This document shows, piece by piece, positions 7,401 to 13,696 of a DNA stretch of 13,696 nt; position 1 is the stretch's first letter, and every line of letters begins with the position of its first letter. The DNA lies in assembly GCA_038826135.1 (NCBI GenBank), contig JAWBON010000011.1:5030-18725 (forward strand), written 5' to 3'. Made by a program: the position numbers and the translations under genes. Below the pieces are notes generated by a model that saw only the letters and a program-made list of their open reading frames with translations, did not search any database and was not told where the DNA came from. This DNA comes from Candidatus Odinarchaeota archaeon. Lineage in GTDB: Archaea; Asgardarchaeota; Odinarchaeia; Odinarchaeales; Odinarchaeaceae.

Positions 7401-7430
7401 TTCAAATCCCGGCAGCCGCACCAGCCTTTT

Positions 7431-7441
7431 TAATTTAATAA
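7431..7441 (+). promoter_or_regulatory. Putative TATA box of tRNA-Val, adjoining a T-run (7427-7431) that may terminate the tRNA-Gly transcript
   Basis: TAATTTAATAA, the same 11-mer as upstream of tRNA-Ala and rpl37e; TTTAATAA lies 21-28 nt upstream of tRNA G1 (7462). Confidence 0.42.
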
Positions 7442-7461
7442 TAACAAGCATCCGCTTCATC

Positions 7462-7538
7462 GGGCGGGTAGTCTAGCCGGTTATGATGCCGCGTTGACAG
7501 CGCGGAGGTCGAGAGTTCAAAACTCTCCCCGCCCACCA
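7462..7538 (+). tRNA. tRNA-Val(GAC), intron-less; CCA encoded
   Basis: Acceptor GGGCGGG/CCCGCCC; anticodon arm CCGCG-TTGACAG-CGCGG (GAC at 7496-7498); variable loop AGGTC; T arm GAGAG-TTCAAAA-CTCTC; ACCA end. Confidence 0.96.
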
Positions 7539-7540
7539 TG

Positions 7541-9031
7541 TTATCCTGTATCAATCTGCGCTCTCTGTAAGCGGCTGCTGTAATCTCTGTAAACAACTTT
7601 AACCCTGCTGTAAAAATCTACAGCACCCCCTCTACCACCAGCCTCTTTGTGGAGTAAACCTGTATTTTTCACTCCGCCGAAGGGGGCGTGTATTTCCGCC
7701 CCTATCGTTGGGGCGTTGATATATACTATACCTGATTGAAGCTCTCTTTCAGCTACAGCCGATTTGTTAACGTCCGTTGTATATATTGATAAGGATAACC
7801 CGTAGTCTGTTCCGTTAGCTATATGAATAGCTTCATCAAAATTTTTACATTCGATCAAAGCTACTGTAGGACCGAATATTTCCTCGCGCGCGATTCTCAT
7901 GTCAGGTGATACGTTATCAAATAATGTAGGTTCGTAAAAATAGCCGTTTTCGCATCCTTTTCCAGTGTAATATTTGCCGCCTATAATCAGTCTAGCACCC
8001 TCTTCAATACCTATCCTGGTATATTCGTGGACTCTTCTTCTCTGAGTTTCACTCACTAACGGGCCTGTAGTCACACTTTCATCTAACCCGGAGCCTAATT
8101 TTAAGTTTTTAACTTTTTCTATAAGCTTCTTCTCGAATTCATCGAAGACGCTATCTTGAACTATTAGCCTGGAAGCTGCTGTGCAACGCTGCCCGGTTGT
8201 TCCGTACCCGCCCCAGAGAGCGCCGTTCACAGCTAAAGATATGTCCGCGTCATCTAATACTATGATAGCGTTTTTACCGCCCATCTCGCACATGAATGGT
8301 ATGTGGCGTTCAATAGCTGTTCTTTCAACATTAAACCCGACGTTTGTGCTGCCTGTGAATGAGACAGCTTTAACATCAACGTGTTTTATAAGGTGCTGTC
8401 CGATCTCTCCTCCGCTTCCATTCACAAGGTTAACAACACCAGCTGGCGCCCCTGCGTCTATTAAGCATTGTATAAACACAGCAGCACTGTAACTTGTGTA
8501 ACTTGCAGGTTTCAGTACAACAGTGTTACCGCAGATTAATGCTGGCAGAATCTTCCATGAGGGGACTGCTATAGGAAAATTCCAGGGGGTTATAAGCGCT
8601 ATAACGCCAAGAGGCTCCCTAATCGTTTTAATATCTTTATCAGGGAGTTCTGATGGGGTTGTCTCCCCTACCATACGTCTACCCTCACCAGCCATGTAAT
8701 AACACATGTCGATAGCTTCCTGTACCTCCCCCCTTGCCTCTAATAGAATTTTACCCATCTCTATAGTGATAATTCTGGCCAGATTTTCTTTTCTTGTTTT
8801 AAGAATCTCTCCGGTTTTAAACAGTATTTCCCCTCTTCTAGGAGCTGGAGTAAGCCTCCATTTATCGAAGGCTCTAGCAGCGGCTTCAACAGCGTTTTCA
8901 ACATCCTCTTTAACGGAGTGTGTAATCTTAGCCACTGTTTCCCTGCAGTCGGCCGGGTTCTCTCTGTTAAACCATTCTCCCGACTCGCTTTCCACCCATC
9001 TACCATCGATAAAATTTAAAACGGTTTTTAT
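7541..9031 (-). CDS. NAD(P)+-dependent aldehyde dehydrogenase (substrate unknown); probable start ATA at 9031 rather than GTG at 8995
   Basis: ITPWNFP, LKPAS, FTGSTNVG, EMGGKN (catalytic Glu), GQRCTAASR (catalytic Cys), EEIFGP and PFGGVK. The frame stays open upstream of 8995 and encodes (I)KTVLNFIDGRW, the usual ALDH N-terminal strand. Confidence 0.93.
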   Translation of the reverse strand: MKTVLNFIDGRWVESESGEWFNRENPADCRETVAKITHSVKEDVENAVEAAARAFDKWRLTPAPRRGEILFKTGEILKTRKENLARIITIEMGKILLEARGEVQEAIDMCYYMAGEGRRMVGETTPSELPDKDIKTIREPLGVIALITPWNFPIAVPSWKILPALICGNTVVLKPASYTSYSAAVFIQCLIDAGAPAGVVNLVNGSGGEIGQHLIKHVDVKAVSFTGSTNVGFNVERTAIERHIPFMCEMGGKNAIIVLDDADISLAVNGALWGGYGTTGQRCTAASRLIVQDSVFDEFEKKLIEKVKNLKLGSGLDESVTTGPLVSETQRRRVHEYTRIGIEEGARLIIGGKYYTGKGCENGYFYEPTLFDNVSPDMRIAREEIFGPTVALIECKNFDEAIHIANGTDYGLSLSIYTTDVNKSAVAERELQSGIVYINAPTIGAEIHAPFGGVKNTGLLHKEAGGRGGAVDFYSRVKVVYRDYSSRLQRAQIDTG

Positions 9032-9203
9032 AAAAGCCCCCCCTGATTAAATCTAATATAATATGGGTTTACGGTTTTAAAATCTAACGCTGAAAGCTTA
9101 ATTTTACACGTTTTTTAAAGCTAGTTTAATATTATGTTTAAATAATTTTTAAACAGTTCTTTATAATGTTAAATATATTAGTAAATTTTGAAAGGGGTTA
9201 CTG

Positions 9204-9602
9204 TTGAAGGAGAATTATAAATATCGGCTTTGGCATCTTTTAGAAAAATCAGGGTGGCTAGTTATCCCTGTCCCGGCTAGCGGCGGCGGTAGGAGGGGGG
9301 TTCATAGACCTGATATAATTTTAGGGAATAACGGGGTCGTCTTTGTTGCAGAGGTTAAAAACGCTAAGCTGCCTATTTATCTAAGTTTTATGAAGGATAT
9401 TCAACCTGTACTGGATTATAGCCGCGTGCTTCGAGCGCAACCGATTTTAATAGTTAAGAGGAAGTATGATAGTGAATGGCTCGTCTTCCATTTAGATGAT
9501 CTTGAAAAATGTTCCGAGAATAGTTATGTGGTGAATCATCGTAATATTTCGAAAGGCATTTCTTTAGAAAGGTTTTTGAAAAATGTTTCAACTGATTTTT
9601 GA
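9204..9602 (+). CDS. hjc: Archaeal Holliday junction resolvase (Hjc/Hje)-like PD-(D/E)XK nuclease, divergent
   Basis: GWLVIPVPASGG, PDIILG and VAEVK (PD...EXK) and PILIVK resemble Hjc; TTG start 6 nt after AGGGG; in-frame stop at 9189-9191 excludes a longer N-terminus. Confidence 0.78.
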   Translation: MKENYKYRLWHLLEKSGWLVIPVPASGGGRRGVHRPDIILGNNGVVFVAEVKNAKLPIYLSFMKDIQPVLDYSRVLRAQPILIVKRKYDSEWLVFHLDDLEKCSENSYVVNHRNISKGISLERFLKNVSTDF

Positions 9603-11594
9603 ACCTATCCTAATATCTTTATCTACAGTAATCGGTTTATAACCGTCTGCGTATTTTGCTTTCAGAAGCAACGCTTTGCTTTTTTCATCCCTAGATGTTT
9701 TTAATGTTAGAACAACCTTCAATCCTTCTAATTCCGAGGCTTCTAATCGGCTTGTTAAAAATTCTCTTATATTGATTGTAACAGTGTCTGAAACTTTAAC
9801 CTGTAGATCGAAGTATCCTTTTTCATCTATAACCGGTTTGGCTTTCACTATTAAACCAACTTTTAAATCAAATCTTGTAATATCCTGGGCATCTACATAT
9901 TGTAGACCGCTAGGTCTATGTCTCTCATGCTGTTCAAGCTTGTTTTTTAATTTAACTATTTTAGTTTCATCTAATTTATAGAATAACGGGGTGGGTGTGC
10001 CTATCTTATGATTCTCCGATAAGGGGGTGATGCTATCAGACCATTTTACATTATTAACATCAAGATTTAGCATTTCAAGTATTTTCAGGCTGGTTTGCGG
10101 TAGATACGGGTTTATAAGAATAGCGGTTGCCTTAACAAGTCTTAAACATAATCCTATGGTTGTTGCCGCTTTAGAAGGATTATTTTTAATGTTATGCCAC
10201 GGCTCGTTATCGTTGAATAATTTATTTCCGAAACGTGTTAATGCGATTATTGAGAGAAGCCCGTCTCTGAACTCGAAGCTGTCTATGCTCTTCTCCACTT
10301 TAGTAATAGTTTCCTTGATTATATTCTCCACAGTCTCAGCCTGGTCGCTGTTCTCAACAACTGGTACAGTTGAGTTAAAATATTTCTGGCAGAAAACTAG
10401 CACTCTATGTATAAAGTTGCCCAGGGTGTCCGCTAATTCACTATTATATTTGTTACTGAAGTCTTCGAATACGAAATCAGCATCCTCGCTTAGAGGGGAT
10501 GCTGCTATCCAATAATATCTAAGAGTGTCGGCTTCAAATACTTCTAGGAAATCGTTTAGAGAAAGATACCAGCCTCTACTCTTAGACATCTTTCGGCCCT
10601 CAAGGTTACCGTAAGAGAAGGCGGCGATGGTGGTTGGAACACGGTATCCTGCTCCTTTTAGAATAGCAGGCCAGAAGAGTGCGTGATGGTATAATATTCC
10701 TTTACCGATGAAATGTATAAGCTCAGTTTCATTATTTAACCAGAACTGTCTCCAACCATCCGGGTTCTTTATCTTCTCAAACAACTCTTTCGTACTATCT
10801 ATGTAGCCGATCGGGGCGTCGAACCAAACATAGCAGACTTTGCCTTCAGCTCCTGGAAGAGGGATAGGGACACCCCAGTCCAGATCCCTGCTTATGCAGA
10901 CGTCTTCTAAACCAGGTACAAGATACTGGTTGATAAGATAGCTTCGCCCTGTGACAGGCAGTAAACCCTCAGTGTTCGAAATCCATTCAATCAACCAGTC
11001 TTGAAAATATGAAAGTTTTAGAAACCAGTGCCGGCTACTTTTACTTATAGCAGGGGATTTGCAAACCGCGCATTTAGGTTCATTTAATTCTCCGATTGAA
11101 AGAGCTCTACCGCAAACATCACATTCATCCCCCCTAGCATCCTCGAAACCGCAGTATGGGCAAATCCCGTAAACATATCTGTCAGGTAAATACCTAACGC
11201 ACTTTTCACAGTACGGCAGTTCTATCTCCCGCTCGTAAATTAAACCTTTCTCATATAATTCTTTGAAAAACCATTGCGTTGTCTTATAATGAATAGGTCT
11301 TGTAGTTCTAGAGAAATTATCGAATGATATGTTTAACTTTTTAAAGTCAGCCAGATCCCGCTCATATATATTATCAGTGATCTCCAAAGGCTTTAATTTA
11401 AGCTTCTCCGCCATTACGGAAATAGGTGTACCGTGTTCATCTGTACCGCATACATAATATACTTCCTCACCTTTCAGCCTATGATATCTAACATACACGT
11501 CTGCTGGAATATAGGTGCTTCTAGCATGACCTATATGAAGCTCCGCATTAGCGTAAGGGAGCGCTGCTGTAACTAAAATTCTCCTTTTAGGCAT
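9588..11594 (-). CDS. metG: Methionyl-tRNA synthetase with C-terminal appended OB-type domain
   Basis: ILVTAALPYAN, HIGH, CGTDEHGTPI, two zinc knuckles (CEKC/CPYC/CDVC/CAVC), YVWFDAPIGY, HFIGK, KMSKS, LRYY and LGNFIHR. Confidence 0.97.
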   Translation of the reverse strand: MPKRRILVTAALPYANAELHIGHARSTYIPADVYVRYHRLKGEEVYYVCGTDEHGTPISVMAEKLKLKPLEITDNIYERDLADFKKLNISFDNFSRTTRPIHYKTTQWFFKELYEKGLIYEREIELPYCEKCVRYLPDRYVYGICPYCGFEDARGDECDVCGRALSIGELNEPKCAVCKSPAISKSSRHWFLKLSYFQDWLIEWISNTEGLLPVTGRSYLINQYLVPGLEDVCISRDLDWGVPIPLPGAEGKVCYVWFDAPIGYIDSTKELFEKIKNPDGWRQFWLNNETELIHFIGKGILYHHALFWPAILKGAGYRVPTTIAAFSYGNLEGRKMSKSRGWYLSLNDFLEVFEADTLRYYWIAASPLSEDADFVFEDFSNKYNSELADTLGNFIHRVLVFCQKYFNSTVPVVENSDQAETVENIIKETITKVEKSIDSFEFRDGLLSIIALTRFGNKLFNDNEPWHNIKNNPSKAATTIGLCLRLVKATAILINPYLPQTSLKILEMLNLDVNNVKWSDSITPLSENHKIGTPTPLFYKLDETKIVKLKNKLEQHERHRPSGLQYVDAQDITRFDLKVGLIVKAKPVIDEKGYFDLQVKVSDTVTINIREFLTSRLEASELEGLKVVLTLKTSRDEKSKALLLKAKYADGYKPITVDKDIRIGSKIS

Positions 11595-11825
11595 TGATAG
11601 TACCCCCCTTTAAAATATTCGCGGGAATTTAGTAAATGTTTATTCAGGGTATAATAATATTTCTAAACATGAAGGTTTATTTAACCTTGCAAGAAGACTC
11701 TGTCGAGTATTAGGTAAACATTGTTCTCCTAACCCTTCTAAAGGGTTTAGAACTTTTCGTAAGGTTATAATATCCGGTAGCTTTTAAAGATTTTTGTAAA
11801 TTTAACGTTTAAAAGTGGGGTATTC

Positions 11826-12605
11826 TTGGACACTAATCAGAGACCGATTAAAAGAGCGCCTGCTAAAAGGCTTCATATAAAAACTATTTTAGAAAGCCAA
11901 CTGGATACTGACTGCAGCCCACCTGTCTTAAGATTGAATAATGGTGAAACTTGCAGTAGAGTTAGATTACTAGGTTTGGTTGTAAATAAGCGCACTAAGA
12001 ATGGTTTAACAGAACAGGTTGACGCGGAATATAATGTTTTAAGTGGTGAAAACATCAATGAAATACGTTACACATCAATAGATTTAGACGACGGAACCGC
12101 GGTCATTAATGTAAGAGCGTGGGATGATGAAGCAGTTTGTCTAAGCAAATATAACATCGGGGAGATGGTGGAGATTATAGGGAAACCTAAAGAGTATGCG
12201 GGCCGCCTATATGTTCTTTATGAGTGCGGCTTAGTTGTTAACGATATCCACTGGTGGTTTCTCCATGAACTTAACATTCTTAAAGACAGATTAGATAAAC
12301 AATATGAGAGTAAAGGACAGGATCAGTTTTTAACGGGCAATCTTAATAAACATATAATCAATAACCTTATTGGAGATAAAGCGGAAGTCAGCCTTGTCTC
12401 TGAGAGTTCAGCGCAGCTAAGCCTCTTAGAACAACTACTAGAAACAATATGTAAACTGGATAAAGGGGACGGAGCTGCTTTACCGAGTATAGAGGATGAG
12501 CTAGCCGGATTCGAATCTGAAAATATAAGGGAAGCTTTAAAAGAATTATTAAACGAAGGAACCATATACGAGTGTAAAACTCAAAGATATAAAAAATCAT
12601 ATTAA
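11826..12605 (+). CDS. RPA32/RPA2-like single-stranded DNA-binding subunit (OB fold + C-terminal winged helix)
   Basis: RVRLLGLVV...LDDGTAVINVRAW...VEIIGKPKEY OB-fold pattern, followed by a trimerisation-helix-like segment (IHWWFLHELNILK), a linker and a C-terminal IREALKELLNEGTIYE winged-helix pattern; TTG start. Confidence 0.8.
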   Translation: MDTNQRPIKRAPAKRLHIKTILESQLDTDCSPPVLRLNNGETCSRVRLLGLVVNKRTKNGLTEQVDAEYNVLSGENINEIRYTSIDLDDGTAVINVRAWDDEAVCLSKYNIGEMVEIIGKPKEYAGRLYVLYECGLVVNDIHWWFLHELNILKDRLDKQYESKGQDQFLTGNLNKHIINNLIGDKAEVSLVSESSAQLSLLEQLLETICKLDKGDGAALPSIEDELAGFESENIREALKELLNEGTIYECKTQRYKKSY

Positions 12606-12608
12606 AGG

Positions 12609-13034
12609 TTGACTGATAGTATGGATATATCAGATTACCCTACTTTGCTTAAAAGATTAAGGGAGGGATTACCTCAAGAAATACTAGAACACTCCAGGTT
12701 CAAAACACCTAAAGTCGACTCGTTCATTGAGGGTAATAGAACATTTATAAAAAATTTCCGCGAGATATGCGATACTTTATCCAGACCAGAAATATCCGTG
12801 TTAAAATATGTTGCTAGAGAATTAGCAACAGCCGGTAGCGTTGAGGGCTCTACAGCTGTATTTCAAGGGAAATTTACAAGGGATGTTTTAGACAGCCTAA
12901 TAGAGCGGTATACTCAATTGTACGTTATCTGCCCTATTTGTAAAAGACCAGACAGTGAGATTATAAAACAGGAGCGTTATCAATTCCTAGTTTGTAAGGC
13001 TTGCGGCGCTAGAACACCTGTTAAACCATATTAG
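12609..13034 (+). CDS. eif2b: Translation initiation factor aIF-2 beta subunit
   Basis: YPTLLKR, EGNRTFIKNF, RELATAG, YVICPICKRPDS and CKACGA (C4 zinc ribbon); start is TTG at 12609 or ATG at 12621. Confidence 0.96.
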   Translation: MTDSMDISDYPTLLKRLREGLPQEILEHSRFKTPKVDSFIEGNRTFIKNFREICDTLSRPEISVLKYVARELATAGSVEGSTAVFQGKFTRDVLDSLIERYTQLYVICPICKRPDSEIIKQERYQFLVCKACGARTPVKPY

Positions 13035-13044
13035 GGGAAAAAAT

Positions 13045-13341
13045 TTGGATTGTTATATTAAAATATTCGATTTAGGCCAAGATAGAATGGTCGCGGTCTG
13101 TGATAAAAATATTATAGGCCATGTTTTTAAAGAGGGAAAGCTTAGAATAGAGATTAAAGAATCATTTTATAAAGGTAAGATAGTTTCATTCGAAGAAGCG
13201 ATAGATGAGATTAAAAAAGCTACTATAGCTAACATTATAGGTAACGGAATTATTAAAGAAGCTATAAAATCCCAGCTTATTCATGAAAGCGCGGTTTTAC
13301 ATATTTCTGGTATAGCTCACGCTCAAATAATCAAAGTTTAG
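13045..13341 (+). CDS. DUF424 family protein
   Basis: MVAVCDKNIIG, FKEGKL, ESFYKG, ATIANIIG and IAHAQI match the DUF424 pattern; usual neighbour of aIF-2 beta and NMD3; TTG start after AGGGG. Confidence 0.88.
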   Translation: MDCYIKIFDLGQDRMVAVCDKNIIGHVFKEGKLRIEIKESFYKGKIVSFEEAIDEIKKATIANIIGNGIIKEAIKSQLIHESAVLHISGIAHAQIIKV

Positions 13342-13358
13342 CTTTTAGAGGAAATCTA

Positions 13359-13696
13359 ATGGATTGGATATGCTCCCGTTGCGGTAAGAAAATTATTAAA
13401 AGAGAGGATTATTACTCCGGCTTATGTTTCGACTGTTATAAGTTAACTTACACTTTAAACAGTATCCCCCGCTTCTTAGAGATTACTATATGCCCTCGCT
13501 GCGCTCGCTATAAAGTGAAGGATAGATGGGTGTCTCCTAAATCAGCAGACCAGTCATCTATGATATTGGAGGCGGCTAACACTTCTATTAGTAAAATACT
13601 TCCAGATGATGAAAGTGTAGTTGAAGTTAAACTAATACCGCATATGGAATATTCTAATGAATTGTTAGAATCGAAATCAGAGATTCCTGTATCAAC
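13359..13696 (+). CDS. nmd3: NMD3-family ribosome biogenesis protein, 5' part (runs off the window; absent from the ORF track)
   Basis: Hand translation from ATG 13359: MDWICSRCGKKIIKREDYYSGLCFDCY...ITICPRCARYKVKDRW..., with the NMD3 N-terminal CxxCG / GLCxxC / CxxC...W zinc motifs; open to the window end; GAGG upstream. Confidence 0.88.
   Translation, partial: MDWICSRCGKKIIKREDYYSGLCFDCYKLTYTLNSIPRFLEITICPRCARYKVKDRWVSPKSADQSSMILEAANTSISKILPDDESVVEVKLIPHMEYSNELLESKSEIPVS

Larger units (their letters stand above)
7290..7423 (+). tRNA. tRNA-Gly(GCC) with two 28-nt introns (37/38: 7330-7357; 53/54: 7373-7400); CCA encoded
   Basis: Acceptor GCGGCTG/CAGCCGC; anticodon stem CGAGC/GCTTG with loop CTGCCA+C (GCC at 7326-7328); after removing both inserts the T arm is CCGGG-TTCAAAT-CCCGG; ACCA end. 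Confidence 0.93.

Noticed and set aside
7516-7522. tRNA-Val T loop TTCAAAA (purine at position 60) as a sign of a pseudogene
   Set aside because: All stems pair, anticodon and CCA are intact; a single loop variant is insufficient.
8181-9050. Overlapping ORFs 8181-8492, 8706-9050 and 8761-9006; the last as a possible frameshifted ALDH N-terminus
   Set aside because: The ALDH N-terminal motif is in the main frame upstream of 8995, so no frameshift is needed; the others are antisense shadows.
7538-9203. ALDH as part of an element integrated at the tRNA-Val 3' end
   Set aside because: No duplicated tRNA 3' fragment (att site), integrase or other mobile genes visible in the window.
11669-11713. 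14-codon ORF MKVYLTLQEDSVEY upstream of the RPA32-like gene
   Set aside because: Too short, no RBS and no supporting evidence; expected by chance in 231 bp.
9676-12600. ORFs 9676-9981, 10027-10515, 11873-12058, 12323-12565 and 12388-12600
   Set aside because: Antisense to metG or the RPA32-like gene, with no motifs or ribosome-binding sites.

Overview
Archaeal, AT-rich chromosomal window made up mostly of housekeeping genes. It opens on the last three copies of a 37-bp CRISPR repeat (5..190, no cas genes in view). Protein genes in order: long-type FKBP PPIase, UPF0179 protein, G1P dehydrogenase (egsA), proteasome beta subunit, aCPSF1/FttA, SepF-like protein, PUA-domain RNA-binding protein, Sm/Lsm protein, rpl37e, NAD(P)-dependent aldehyde dehydrogenase, divergent Hjc-like nuclease, methionyl-tRNA synthetase, RPA32-like OB-fold/winged-helix protein, aIF-2 beta, DUF424 and the 5' part of NMD3 (missed by the ORF track). 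Between rpl37e and the ALDH are three tRNA genes, Ala(GGC), Gly(GCC) and Val(GAC), carrying three bulge-helix-bulge introns: two at non-canonical positions (45/46, 53/54) and two in the same tRNA. I found no self-contained novel multi-gene system that I can support. The strongest leads are the tRNA intron set (one intron fits a different anticodon better than its host), a probable ATA start codon for the ALDH amid many TTG starts, a eukaryote-like RPA32 heading a translation-factor operon, and an Hjc homologue apparently lacking its conserved N-terminal acidic motif. A TACK/Asgard-type host is plausible but is inference only. Family calls come from motif recognition by eye, not database searches.
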